Positions 17,839-29,800 are shown, counted from the stretch's first letter. The stretch: 64,000 nt of DNA from an uncultured Actinomycetes bacterium (GCA_963704725.1 OY969934.1:2976001-3040000), one strand, 5' to 3'. Notes: generated from the letters alone by a model not told the origin. A program made the numbers and translations.

Positions 17839-18858
17839 ATGGTCGATGGACCCGCGGACCCGTTCGACGATGAAGGGACGGCAGTGGACGCGCCTCAACC
17901 CGGCCGGCCTTCGATCGATGACGCGCTGATCCTGACCGAGACCCTAACGAAGGTGTACCCGACCGGGGTGAGGGCCGTCGACGCCCTCGACCTTCGGGTG
18001 CGGGAGGGGGAGATCTTCGGCCTCCTTGGGCCGAACGGTGCGGGCAAGACCACCACGGTCGGGATGCTGACCACCCGGGTCATCCCCACGGCGGGCCGAG
18101 CGTTCCTCGCCGGGGTCGACGTCGTGGCCCACCCATCGCGAGCCAAGCGGATGATCGGCGTCGTCTCGCAGACGAACACACTCGACCGGAGCCTGACCGT
18201 CCGCGAGAACCTCTACTACCACGGCCGTTACTTCGGGCTGGGGGCGCAGCAGTCGCGGCGGGTGGCGGATCGTCTGCTGGAGGTCTTCCGGTTGACCGAC
18301 CGCGCGGACGCCACCGTCGACACGCTCTCCGGCGGCATGGCGCAACGCCTGATGGTGGCGCGGAGCATCGTGCACCGGCCGCGGATCCTGTTCCTGGACG
18401 AGCCGACGTCGGGCCTGGACCCGCAGTCGCGGATCGCGATGTGGGAGATCCTGCATGAGATCCACGCCGACGGGCAGACGGTCCTGCTCACCACGCACTA
18501 CATGGAGGAGGCCGACAAGCTGTGCGAGCGCCTGGCGGTTATGGACCACGGCCGGATCCTGGCGCTCGACACCCCCGACGCGCTGAAAGAGACGGTCGGC
18601 GGGGACACGGTCGTGCGGATCGTGGCCGAGGGCGATCGCGAGCGCCTGGCCGAGGAGATGCGCTCGCTGCCCGGCGTGACGGACGCGCGCGCCCTCGACG
18701 GCGTCGTGCACCTCACCGCGCGCGGGAGCGAGGGGCTCCTTCCACGCGCCCTCACCCACGCCGAGGCGGCCGGGTTCATCGTCCGCGACCTGTCCATCGA
18801 CGTCCCGACGCTGGAGACGGTGTTCATCAACCTCACGGGAACGGACCTGCGCGAATGA
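17839..18858 (+). CDS. ABC-2 exporter ATP-binding subunit (DrrA-like)
   Basis: GPNGAGKT, LSGGM, LDEPTSGLD, TTHYMEEA. Confidence 0.92.
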   Translation: MVDGPADPFDDEGTAVDAPQPGRPSIDDALILTETLTKVYPTGVRAVDALDLRVREGEIFGLLGPNGAGKTTTVGMLTTRVIPTAGRAFLAGVDVVAHPSRAKRMIGVVSQTNTLDRSLTVRENLYYHGRYFGLGAQQSRRVADRLLEVFRLTDRADATVDTLSGGMAQRLMVARSIVHRPRILFLDEPTSGLDPQSRIAMWEILHEIHADGQTVLLTTHYMEEADKLCERLAVMDHGRILALDTPDALKETVGGDTVVRIVAEGDRERLAEEMRSLPGVTDARALDGVVHLTARGSEGLLPRALTHAEAAGFIVRDLSIDVPTLETVFINLTGTDLRE

Positions 18859-19709
18859 CGGTCGCCGAGGACGGCACACGCGAGCTCGCGGCGACGCTGC
18901 CCGAGATCGAGGCCTACACGAGCACGCCGTGGATCGCATTCGGCTCGCTGCTCCTACGCGACCTCACCGTCCTGCGGAAGAACGCCATCGAGTTCACCGT
19001 GCGCACGATCATGCAGCCGCTGCTGTTCGTCTTCGTGTTCACGTACGTCTTCCCGAAGATCGGGCAGGCCATCGGGGGGCGCGGCGGCGAGCAGACCTTC
19101 TCCAGCCTGCTCGTGCCCGGCGTCGTGGCGATCGCCTGCATCTTCCAGGGCATCCAGGCGGTCGCCCTGCCCCTGGTGCAGGACTTCGGCTACAGCCGCG
19201 AGATCGAGGACCGGGTGATGGCGCCGCTGCCGGTCTCGGCGGTCGCCGTCGAGAAGGTGCTGGCCGGCGCCATCCAGGGCCTGGTGGCCGCGGCGATCGT
19301 GTTCCCCCTGGCCGCCGTGGTCCCCGCCACCGCCGTGCACCTGAACGTCCGGCCGCTCGAGCTCGCCACCGTCCTCCCCCTCGCCGCGCTCCTCGGCGCG
19401 TCGCTGGGGCTCGCCATCGGGACCCGGGTGAACCCGCGCCAGGTCCCCTTGCTGTTCGGCGTCGTGGTCATCCCGATCACGTTCCTCGGCGCCACCTACT
19501 ACCCGTGGTCGAGCCTCAGCCCCATCGCCTGGCTGAAGTGGCTCGTGCTGGTGAACCCGCTCGTGTACATGAGCGAGGGGTTCCGGCTCTCGCTCACGCC
19601 CCAGTTCCCCCACATGCCGACGGTGGCCGTGTATCTCGCCCTGATCGGGTTCATCGTAGGGCTGGGGAGCTGGGGCATCCAGGGCTTCCGCAAGCGCGTG
19701 CTCACCTGA
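18855..19709 (+). CDS. ABC-2 permease
   Basis: ATGA coupled; 6 TMs, NPLVY motif. Confidence 0.9.
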   Translation: MTVAEDGTRELAATLPEIEAYTSTPWIAFGSLLLRDLTVLRKNAIEFTVRTIMQPLLFVFVFTYVFPKIGQAIGGRGGEQTFSSLLVPGVVAIACIFQGIQAVALPLVQDFGYSREIEDRVMAPLPVSAVAVEKVLAGAIQGLVAAAIVFPLAAVVPATAVHLNVRPLELATVLPLAALLGASLGLAIGTRVNPRQVPLLFGVVVIPITFLGATYYPWSSLSPIAWLKWLVLVNPLVYMSEGFRLSLTPQFPHMPTVAVYLALIGFIVGLGSWGIQGFRKRVLT

Positions 19710-19913
19710 TCCCCGGCCGCCGACCGGGCCAGCCCTCCGGGCGACGCCGACGGCCGGTCGGACTCGTTCTCGGCGACATCGCCCAGCCAACCGCGAGCGC
19801 CTCTGGAGTCGCGATCGCCTCGTAGAGGCGCCCGCGCCCACGAGGAGCTGCTCGAGGATGAGGCGGATGTCACCCGTGTGCGGCGGCGAGATGGTCGTCC
19901 TGCATGGAGGCGC

Positions 19914-21299
19914 TCAGGTTCCGGTGGATCCGGCCGCGATCCGGCCGTCGTGGATCGTGAGCGTGCGGTCGAGGTACCGCTTGGCCGCCTCGTCGTGGGT
20001 GGCCATGAGGCACGAGGTCCCGGCGTCGCATGCGTCGCGGAGCGCGCCGAACACGCGCTCGGTCCAGCCCCGGTCTTGATGGCCGGTCGGCTCGTCCGCC
20101 ACGACGATCCTCGGCCGGAGAAGCAGGGCCCGGGCCAGGGCGGCTCGCTGCTGCTCGCCCACGGAGGTCTCGAACGGGCGGCGCTCGGCGAGCTCGGTCA
20201 GCCCGAACGTCTCGAGCAGCTCGTCGACGCGGCCGGCGTATCGCTCCAAGGAGCCGCCGAGCTTGGCGGGGTGCGCGACGTTCTCGCGAACGCTCAGCTC
20301 GTCGATGAGCCCGAGCTTCTGCGGCAAGACCGCGACGTCCTTCCACGCGGGCGGACCGGATCCGCCCGTCGGCCCCGGGCGGTCGATCACGCCGTGGTCG
20401 GGGTGCTCCCACCCCGCCACGAGGTTCAGCAGCGTCGTCTTCCCGGATCCCGAACGTCCGACGACGCCCACGAGCTCGCCCTCGCGGACGGCGAGGGACA
20501 CGCCATCCACCGCGTGAACGAGGTCCGACCCTCGCGCGTACGTCTTCGAGACGTCGTCGAGTCCAAGCACCGTCGGCGCGTCCGGCTCGACGGCGGATGC
20601 GAAGCCGCCGACGGGGGTCGCCCCCGAGGGCGGTCTCCTGGGATCGACCACTTCGCCGTGATCCAGCCGCAGCAGGACGTCGGCCATGCGCATCACCGTC
20701 GCGTCGTGGGTCGCGAGCACGAAGGTCACCCCGCGCCCTCGAAGGTTCCGGATCGCATCGAGGACGGCCTCGGCGGAGGCCGTATCGAGCTCCGCGGTCG
20801 GCTCGTCGGCGACCACGACGCGAGCGCCGCCCACGAGCACCTGGGCGAACGCGGCCCGCTGCTGCTCGCCGCCCGAGAGCTCCACCGGCAGGTGGTCGAC
20901 CCGGTCCGCCATCCCGAGGGCGTCGAGGACGTCGCGGGGATGCCCGTCGCGCGCGACGCGGTCCAGGTGCTCTCCGACCGTGAGGTACGGCAGGAGATTG
21001 TCGGAGGGTCGCTGGAACACGTAGCCGATCCGTTCGCGCCGGAGCCGCCGGCGGATGCCGGAGGAAGCACGCCCGACGGACGTCCCCGCCACCACGATGG
21101 AGCCGGACGTGGGAAGATCCATGCCGGCGATGAGCCGCAGCAACGAGGACTTCCCGCTCCCGCTCGGTCCGGCGACGGCGACGAGCGCGGACGGAGGGAA
21201 CGAGGCGCTCACCCCGCGAAGCGCCCGCACCTGCCCGGTCGCCGTGCGGTAGGTCTTCACGACGTCCTGACAGAGGACCACCGCCTCCTCACTCCGCAA
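19914..21299 (-). CDS. ABC ATPase with two tandem LolD-like nucleotide-binding domains
   Basis: GPSGSGKS/LSGGEQQR and GRSGSGKT/TSVGEQQR. Confidence 0.9.
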   Translation of the reverse strand: MRSEEAVVLCQDVVKTYRTATGQVRALRGVSASFPPSALVAVAGPSGSGKSSLLRLIAGMDLPTSGSIVVAGTSVGRASSGIRRRLRRERIGYVFQRPSDNLLPYLTVGEHLDRVARDGHPRDVLDALGMADRVDHLPVELSGGEQQRAAFAQVLVGGARVVVADEPTAELDTASAEAVLDAIRNLRGRGVTFVLATHDATVMRMADVLLRLDHGEVVDPRRPPSGATPVGGFASAVEPDAPTVLGLDDVSKTYARGSDLVHAVDGVSLAVREGELVGVVGRSGSGKTTLLNLVAGWEHPDHGVIDRPGPTGGSGPPAWKDVAVLPQKLGLIDELSVRENVAHPAKLGGSLERYAGRVDELLETFGLTELAERRPFETSVGEQQRAALARALLLRPRIVVADEPTGHQDRGWTERVFGALRDACDAGTSCLMATHDEAAKRYLDRTLTIHDGRIAAGSTGT

Positions 21300-24123
21300 C
21301 GCGCATCACCTCCCCGAGGTCGACCCGCCGGGCCCGTCGGTTCGTCACCGCCGCCCCGATCCATACGAGCGCCGCGATCGCGGCTGCCGCGGCGAAGATG
21401 AGCGCGATCGGAAGGACGAACAGCGGCGGTGGCGGGATCGCCGTGATCGGGTCGAGTCGCGGAACCGTGACCCGGGCTGCGGCGAAGGACAGCGCGGCCG
21501 CGACGACGAAGGCCAGTGCGAGCATGACCCCGAGCTCGATCGTCAGGGCGCGCCGATGCTGGCCGTGCCGCATCCCCATCCGGGTAGAAAGCGCGTAGGA
21601 GACGACCTGGGATCGCTGCCGGGCCTGCAGGTACATCAGCATCCCGACGAACGCGAGCGCCGCGGCGATCGCACCGAGCGCGTTCACGACGATGAACGTG
21701 TCGATCGCGGCCGCCACGTGCGGGATGTCCGCGATCTCCTCCGCGGTCCGGACGACGAACGACGGAGTCTCCATCGCGGCGAACGCGCGGCGCAGGCCCT
21801 CGGGATCGCCCCGCGCCCAGAGCTCGGCGCCGTACCGGGCGAGCGGGTTGTAGGGAAGGTCGAGACGTTCCAGAAGCCGGTCCTCGTCGACGACGAGCAG
21901 GGGGTGCCGCGAGTACAGGCCGGGGAACGCCGAGGGACGCGCGACGACCTCGACGGGGACGGTCGCGGCCCCGACGAGGACCTCGTGCACGGAAAGGTCG
22001 CCGCCGGCGGCGAGAACGACCGGCAGGGGCCCGTCGCCCGCGGCGCCCAGCCGCCGGGTGATCTCCTCGAGGGAGGCGTCGTCGAATCCGGAGTTCCAGT
22101 ACGCCGCGCCGGCGAAGGTGTCGGCGTCGATGGCCAGCAGGTCCAGCGGACGTCTTGAGGGCAGCCGCGCGCCTTCGCCGATCTGGACGACGCGGGTCGC
22201 GGGATACGGGAAGTCCTCCGGAACGGTGCCGTTCGCGATCACCTGGGCCGAGGCGTCGCTCCCGACGAAGACGTGGGCCTTCGCGTCGACGCTGGACTGC
22301 AGCGATCGGGAGACGATCTGCGCGTGCAGGAACGTGCCGAGGCACAGTCCCGTCCCTCCGAGGAGGAGCATCGTGAACGCCCCCCCGGCGGCGAGCCGTC
22401 TCGTCGCCAGGTAGGTGGCCGCCGGTGCGGAGGTCGTCGGCCTCCGCATCCAGGTGAACGCGTGGCGGGCCAGTCTCGCCGCGAGGAGCGAGAAACCGGC
22501 GAGCAGGAGGAACGGGAACGCGATGAGAGCGAGGCTCGGCCGGACGACGTCGAGCCGTTCGTCCGTGACGAAGGCGCCGGTCTCGCGAAGCCGTTGCAAC
22601 GCGACGAAGGCGAGCCCGATGATCGCGAGCTCCCACGGGACGACCGACACGAGCCGCGCGAAACGCCGGCCGTGCGGGTCCACCACGCGCAGGTAGGTCC
22701 GCGCCGCGACGATCGACATGAGCACGATCGCCCCGAGGACCGCCGCGAGCGTCGCGAGACCGGCGTCGGCGAACGTCGAACGGTCGACCGGCCCGCCTGG
22801 CCCGAGGGTCCCGACGGCCAGGACCGCGATCCCGAACCCGAGGGTGCCTCCCACCAGGCACGGGAGGAGCGTCTCGAGCGCGGTCCGCGAGCCGACGAAC
22901 GCCGGCGACCGGCCGCGCGCGAACTGCCACGCCGCCTCGATGTGCCGGGACCGGACCGAGAAGGCGCCGGCCGCCGCTACGACGACGAGCGCGACCGCGA
23001 TCCCCGCAACCTCGAGCACGCGCGCCGGTCCCTCCAACGTCACGATGCGTTTCTCCGCCTCGTCGACGACGAAGCCGATCGAGGAGGCGAACGACGTCGT
23101 GGAGGCGCCGAGCCGCGGGACGAGGGGCCTGATCGCCCCGTGGAAGAACCGCTGGCAGCAGAGGAAGGTCTCCCCGTAGCGCCCGTCGGGGAAGCTGATC
23201 TGCTCCATGACGCCGCGTTGGTACTGCTCGAGCGCGCGCGCCTGGTCCAGGGTGATCGAATCGACGGCCAGCGGCGCCATCCATCGGAAGGTCGCCGTCG
23301 TCTGGCCGAGCTCACGCTCCAGGCCGAGCAGCTGGTCGCGATCGGCCAGGATCGGCTGTGGGAGCGGTCCACAGTCCGCACAGTCGGGCAAGCGGAACTG
23401 GTCGGTCCAGGGGAGCCAGTAGCCGCCCGGCGGGATCTTGTAGATCGCGCGATAGATCCCGTCAACGAGCACCGGGACGGCGGTGCCGACCTCCGGATCC
23501 TGGAGCTGGATCGTGTCGCCGGGCCCGACGCCGAGCTGTTCGGCGATGAGGTCTGCGATCCAGACGCCGTCGCCCTCGGTGCCGGCAAGGCGCTCCACGT
23601 GATCCAGGACCCCGGTCGAGGCGAACAAACGGCCATCCTGCGGCTCGCCGCCGCCGATGGAGACGTCGAGAGCGTTCCCCAAGATCGCCGCGACGGGTGG
23701 CCCGAGGATCGGACTCCCCGCCGCGAGCCGGCGGAACGGATCGGTCGGTTCGTCCGTCCCCGGCGTGAACAGGCGGCCCTGGAATGGGTCGGGCCCGTCC
23801 CTGGTCACCCAGGGCGGGACATCGAAGAGCTGGACCCGGTCGAGCGGCGCGTCGGCGAAGGTGTAGCTCAGTCCCGCGCCGTAGCGGGTGATGCTCGGTC
23901 GATCGAGCGCGGCGCGGACCAGGTTGCTGGTGGTGGCGGCCATGAACAGGGGGTAGGCGGCGGCGGCCACCGCGAGCAGGAGTGAACCGAGCGCCACCGC
24001 GGCCAGGAGCGCGGGGTGGCGGAACAGGAGGAACGGCGCCCCCCGCCGGAACGCCGGGAGGCCGCGCGGGTGCGACGGAGAGGCCGGCGCTCGCTCCTTG
24101 ACCTGGGTGGTGGGCTCGGCCAT
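21289..24123 (-). CDS. large FtsX-like ABC permease (duplicated)
   Basis: Two extracytoplasmic domains plus TM blocks; overlaps ATPase start; TAGGTT 7 nt upstream of ATG 24123. Confidence 0.8.
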   Translation of the reverse strand: MAEPTTQVKERAPASPSHPRGLPAFRRGAPFLLFRHPALLAAVALGSLLLAVAAAAYPLFMAATTSNLVRAALDRPSITRYGAGLSYTFADAPLDRVQLFDVPPWVTRDGPDPFQGRLFTPGTDEPTDPFRRLAAGSPILGPPVAAILGNALDVSIGGGEPQDGRLFASTGVLDHVERLAGTEGDGVWIADLIAEQLGVGPGDTIQLQDPEVGTAVPVLVDGIYRAIYKIPPGGYWLPWTDQFRLPDCADCGPLPQPILADRDQLLGLERELGQTTATFRWMAPLAVDSITLDQARALEQYQRGVMEQISFPDGRYGETFLCCQRFFHGAIRPLVPRLGASTTSFASSIGFVVDEAEKRIVTLEGPARVLEVAGIAVALVVVAAAGAFSVRSRHIEAAWQFARGRSPAFVGSRTALETLLPCLVGGTLGFGIAVLAVGTLGPGGPVDRSTFADAGLATLAAVLGAIVLMSIVAARTYLRVVDPHGRRFARLVSVVPWELAIIGLAFVALQRLRETGAFVTDERLDVVRPSLALIAFPFLLLAGFSLLAARLARHAFTWMRRPTTSAPAATYLATRRLAAGGAFTMLLLGGTGLCLGTFLHAQIVSRSLQSSVDAKAHVFVGSDASAQVIANGTVPEDFPYPATRVVQIGEGARLPSRRPLDLLAIDADTFAGAAYWNSGFDDASLEEITRRLGAAGDGPLPVVLAAGGDLSVHEVLVGAATVPVEVVARPSAFPGLYSRHPLLVVDEDRLLERLDLPYNPLARYGAELWARGDPEGLRRAFAAMETPSFVVRTAEEIADIPHVAAAIDTFIVVNALGAIAAALAFVGMLMYLQARQRSQVVSYALSTRMGMRHGQHRRALTIELGVMLALAFVVAAALSFAAARVTVPRLDPITAIPPPPLFVLPIALIFAAAAAIAALVWIGAAVTNRRARRVDLGEVMRVAE

Positions 24124-24371
24124 CACCCAGAACCTACGTTAGGGGGCGGCCCGTGGGTTCCCTCACAGGTCCCTCGGCTAGATCGGCGCCCGATGACCGG
24201 ACCGGCCACAGTGATGCATTGCCCGGCGGTACAAGTGGCTGAGACCAGAGTCAATCTCGGCCGATGGCCCCAACCCCTCCTGGCCCCGCCCGGGATCGCT
24301 TGCCATCGGTCTCTCCGAACGTAGAAGCGCGTATACTTACGTGTAGTTACGAGCGAACAAGAGGAGCAGCT

Positions 24372-24758
24372 GTGGACGCGACGTTCGAGCACGGGCTGGC
24401 GCTTATCCGTCAGGGACTGGCGATCCTGGAGAAGAGCAGCAAGGGCGAACCCGTGGGCAGCGCGATCATGTCTCCTCGGGTAGCGAAGCTCGGCCGGATC
24501 GCCCATCTCCACTTGAAGGCTTTCGAGGACGGCGGTGGACACATGACGCTTGGACAGTCTCGGGAGATCCGCCGGCACCATCTGGGCCCCGAGGTTCGGT
24601 CCACCGCAAACCTGTTCGGGGCGAAGGACAGTGGCGCCATCCTGTACCGCAGGGCCCCCGCCGGACAGCGGCCTAGGGACACCGATCCCATCCGGTTGAC
24701 GAAGGAGGGCGAGCGCCTGGCTATGGAGTACCGGAGGCTGCAGGAGCACGCGGCGTAG
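24372..24758 (+). CDS. hypothetical protein, possible winged-helix
   Basis: GAGGAG RBS before GTG; TATACT upstream; C-terminal IRLTKEGERLA resembles a wHTH wing-helix end. Confidence 0.6.
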   Translation: MDATFEHGLALIRQGLAILEKSSKGEPVGSAIMSPRVAKLGRIAHLHLKAFEDGGGHMTLGQSREIRRHHLGPEVRSTANLFGAKDSGAILYRRAPAGQRPRDTDPIRLTKEGERLAMEYRRLQEHAA

Positions 24759-24891
24759 ATCGCGCTGGCGCCCGGTGAGCGCGATCCGAGCGGGCCAAAC
24801 GCCTCCCCGGAGTGGAAAGCGGAACGAGATGGTCGGCATGGTTCTCGGTCACCAGTCCCTCGATCGATGGCTGTGCTTCCGGCGAGGGCCG

Positions 24892-24910
24892 AGGCCGGCG
24901 TCGCCGGCCT
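24892..24910. promoter_or_regulatory. perfect palindrome upstream of groES
   Basis: AGGCCGGCG-T-CGCCGGCCT. Confidence 0.4.
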
Positions 24911-24941
24911 TCACACTGAGGCACGAGGAAGGGAAGGCGAC

Positions 24942-26872
<1,931 letters not shown>

Positions 26873-26905
26873 AGGGCGGCGATCAGGCCGCGCGGTGCAC
26901 GCACG

Positions 26906-26934
26906 AGCGAGGGTCCGGTAACCGGGCCCTCGCT
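26906..26934 (+). terminator. stem-loop after groEL
   Basis: AGCGAGGGTCCGG-TAA-CCGGGCCCTCGCT (one G-U pair). Confidence 0.65.
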
Positions 26935-27094
26935 GTCGTCTCCTGCAACGGTGACCGTTGCTTCCTTCGGCCGGAGCCCGACTTGCGATCGGTCACGATG
27001 CGAGACCCGCAGGTGAGACAATAGTGATGAGCACCACTCGTCGGGACAGCTTGCGAAGAGGCCGTCGGCCGCCCCTCGCCTCGAGGAGGACGAC

Positions 27095-27280
27095 ATGGCC
27101 GTGCTGATGGATCCCGTTCGCATCGACACTCCTTCGAGGACGGCCATCCGGCCCGCAGCCCCGCTGGATCCATCGGGCGATCCCCCGTCGAAGCCGAGCC
27201 CCTCGGAGCGAACGTTCGAGATCGAGTCGCCGAACGGATACGCACGGACTGTGGTCGGCACGATCGAGTCCGGGGCCTGA
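27095..27280 (+). CDS. small hypothetical protein (61 aa)
   Basis: AGGAGG 5 nt before ATG; no recognisable domain. Confidence 0.4.
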   Translation: MAVLMDPVRIDTPSRTAIRPAAPLDPSGDPPSKPSPSERTFEIESPNGYARTVVGTIESGA

Positions 27281-27712
27281 GCGGCGACTCCTCCGGGGTT
27301 CTGCGTGGAGCCGATCCGCTCCGCCAGATCCGAGTCCTCGGGCCGATAGGTCGTTGGGTCGGAGGGTCGCCATCGCACCCAGGAGGGCCGCTCCGCTGGT
27401 GAGCTCGACGAGCCGGCCGATCGGCGTCTTGAAGAAGGGATGCCGAAGCACGAGCGGCGCGCCGGCCATGAGCACCCGGGCTGCGAGGGCGCGAACCTTC
27501 GCCCCGTCGGCGTCGCGAGCCATGCCCTCTCATCCACGCCTCGGTCGAGGGCGCGCTCCGCCTGGGCGAACCAACGGCGCAGGTCCCGAGCCGTGGGGTC
27601 CCGAGTGTCGTCATGCGCTCGGCATACCCACCCCGGCAGGCAGTACGCGCGCGGCTGCGACTCGGCGAGGGACGCCGGCATGGTGCGCTGCTCGCTGCTA
27701 GCGTCCGCCGTC

Positions 27713-28501
27713 ATGGGCCGGTTCGACGGACGCGTCGCGGTGGTTACGGGTGGCGGGAGCCCGGACGGGATCGGGTTCGCGACGGCTCGCCGCCTGGGGC
27801 AGGAGGGCGCGAGCGTCGCCGTCACGGCCACGACCGATCGCGTTACGGTCCGCGCTTCAGAGCTGGAGGGCGACGGCGTCGACGCGGCAGCGTTCGTCGC
27901 AGACCTCACCGACGAGGGCCAGGCACGCGAGCTCGTGGGGGCGGTGCTTGGGCGCTTCGGGCGACTCGACGTGCTGGTGAACAACGCGGGGATGGTCCAG
28001 ACCGGGGTCGAGGCCGCGGGCGGACGCTTCGCGGGCCTCGCCGCCTCCGCGTTCGAGCGGGATCTCGCGCTCAACCTGTGGACGGCCGTCCACGTCACCC
28101 GGGCGGCTTTGCCCGGGATGCTCGAACAAGGCTACGGGCGGATCGTGATGGTGAGCTCGGTCACCGGCCCGCTCGTCGCGAATCCCGGCAGCGCGGGCTA
28201 CGCGGCAGCGAAGGCGGCGATGGACGGGCTGATGCGCTCGATCGCCCTCGAGGCGGCGCGCGCGGGCGTCACGTGCAACTCGGTGCTCCCCGGATGGATC
28301 GCCACGGGGTCGCAGCTTCCCGAGGAGTCCCTGGCGGGACGCCACACGCCGATCGGCCGGAGCGGGACGCCGGACGAGGTTGCAGAGGCCGTCCTCTTCC
28401 TCGCGTCGGAGCGCGCCAGCTACGTCACCGGGCAGGCGCTCGTCGTCGACGGTGGCAACACGATCCAGGAGTACAAGGGTCCGCCGGCGGACTGGTACTG
28501 A
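27713..28501 (+). CDS. SDR oxidoreductase (FabG-like)
   Basis: TGGGSPDGIG, NNAG, YAAAK, VDGG. Confidence 0.92.
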   Translation: MGRFDGRVAVVTGGGSPDGIGFATARRLGQEGASVAVTATTDRVTVRASELEGDGVDAAAFVADLTDEGQARELVGAVLGRFGRLDVLVNNAGMVQTGVEAAGGRFAGLAASAFERDLALNLWTAVHVTRAALPGMLEQGYGRIVMVSSVTGPLVANPGSAGYAAAKAAMDGLMRSIALEAARAGVTCNSVLPGWIATGSQLPEESLAGRHTPIGRSGTPDEVAEAVLFLASERASYVTGQALVVDGGNTIQEYKGPPADWY

Positions 28502-28655
28502 CCCCGGACGTGGATGCGACGGCTCCGATCGTCGTGGGACCCGAGGGACCCGTGGAGCTCTCCACGGCCCCCGGCCCGCGGTCGGAACGGCCCTAGGAAG
28601 GTCCCCTCCCCCCGTCGCACGCTCAAGGCCGTAGGAGCGAGTCGGGAGGGACGTC

Positions 28656-29315
28656 ATGAAGCCCATTCGACTGTGGATCGGTCTGGTGCTGGTGGCGCTC
28701 GGCGTCTTCGGGATCCTGGACGCGACCGGCACCCTCGACTCGAGCGAGACGATCGACCAATGGTGGCCTGTGGCCATCATCGGGCTAGGGGGGATCGGGA
28801 TGCTGGTCGAGCGCAGGATCGCGCTCGGGCCGGCGATCGTCGTCGTGATCGGGGTGCTCCTCCTGGCGGACCAGCAGGAGTGGACGGACGAGAACCTGTT
28901 CGGCCCGGTGTTGCTCGTCACGATCGGGCTCGTCGTCCTGTCGGGGCTCTGGCGTCGCCAGATCGGGGGTGATCATCGCGACAACTCGGTCGTCATGTTC
29001 GGAGGCACGAAGATCAAGGACCGGTCCGAGCACTTCACCCACGCGGACGTGTCGGCGATCTTCGGTGGGGCCACGCTCGACCTCCGGGAGGCGCACGTGG
29101 ACCGGGAGGCTTCGGTCGAGGCCCTCGCCCTGTTCGGCGGCGTCGACGTCCTGATCCCGAAGGGATGGCGGGTGGAGCTCGGCGGCACGCCGATCCTCGG
29201 CGGCTGCGAGGACAAGACCGAGGGCGACGGGGAGCTCGCCGCCGACGCCCCCGTGTTGAAGGTCCACGCCACCGCGATCCTCGGCGGTGTGGACGTGAAG
29301 AACGCGACCAACTGA
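28656..29315 (+). CDS. LiaF-like cell-envelope stress membrane protein
   Basis: GGAGG RBS; 4 TMs with WWP; repeated FGG beta motifs (IFGGATLDLR, LFGGVDV, ILGG). Confidence 0.82.
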   Translation: MKPIRLWIGLVLVALGVFGILDATGTLDSSETIDQWWPVAIIGLGGIGMLVERRIALGPAIVVVIGVLLLADQQEWTDENLFGPVLLVTIGLVVLSGLWRRQIGGDHRDNSVVMFGGTKIKDRSEHFTHADVSAIFGGATLDLREAHVDREASVEALALFGGVDVLIPKGWRVELGGTPILGGCEDKTEGDGELAADAPVLKVHATAILGGVDVKNATN

Positions 29316-29354
29316 CGAATCGCGGGTGACGCGATCGCTTCGGGGTCGCCTACG

Positions 29355-29567
29355 ATGCGCCGACGGCGATCCGAAAGCCCGGAGGGGTATCCGCGATTCT
29401 CGGACCTCGAGATGTCCCACCGGCGCTCGGCGCTCGAGGCGATGATGCAGGAGCACGACGTTCGGCACATGCTCCTCCGCGGCGCCAACCGGTTCGGCTC
29501 AGCGGTGCAGCGGATCATGCCGAGGCCGACACCGAACATGTTCAGGCAGATGGTTGCCTCGCAGTGA
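29355..29567 (+). pseudogene. truncated N-terminus of M24 (Xaa-Pro peptidase/creatinase-like) gene
   Basis: YPRFSDLEMSHRRSALEAMMQEHDV..GANRFGSAVQ resembles M24 N-termini; resemblance ends near 29512 and no catalytic domain follows. Confidence 0.55.
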
Positions 29568-29687
29568 GCGAACCCAAAGCGGACCCCGACACAGCCTCTC
29601 GCCTTGAACGCACGGAACTTGGGGCTTCATGGCACGATGGAGGGTGATTGGACATCCGAGGGGCCCGGGAATCGACGAAGAACCCTT

Positions 29688-29712
29688 GTGGTGGTTGGTG
29701 GTGGTTGGTTGG
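29688..29712. repeat. 10-bp tandem repeat at tRNA 3' flank
   Basis: GTGGTGGTTG x2 + GTTGG. Confidence 0.7.
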
Positions 29713-29718
29713 CGTGAG

Positions 29719-29800
29719 TGGGAGGGGGAGGATTCGAACCTCCGTAGGCTGCGCCGGCGATTTTACAGACCGCTCCCTTTGGCCACTCGGGCACCCTCCC
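29719..29800 (-). tRNA. tRNA-Tyr(GTA), CCA not encoded
   Basis: GGGAGGG acceptor stem, anticodon arm GCGGT-CTGTAAA-ATCGC, long variable arm, GGTTCGAATCC T-arm. Confidence 0.96.

Noticed and set aside
26993-27523. 176-aa minus-strand ORF
   Set aside because: Only the first ~55 aa look protein-like; the rest is low-complexity and antisense to the RBS-supported small ORF; not supportable
28535-28610. GGGACC/GGTCCC motifs as DosR/OsdR sites
   Set aside because: Half-sites are not arranged as a proper palindrome and are expected by chance at this GC content
29533-29544. CGAAC-AT-GTTCA as an SOS box
   Set aside because: Spacer is 2 nt rather than 4, and no appropriate gene follows
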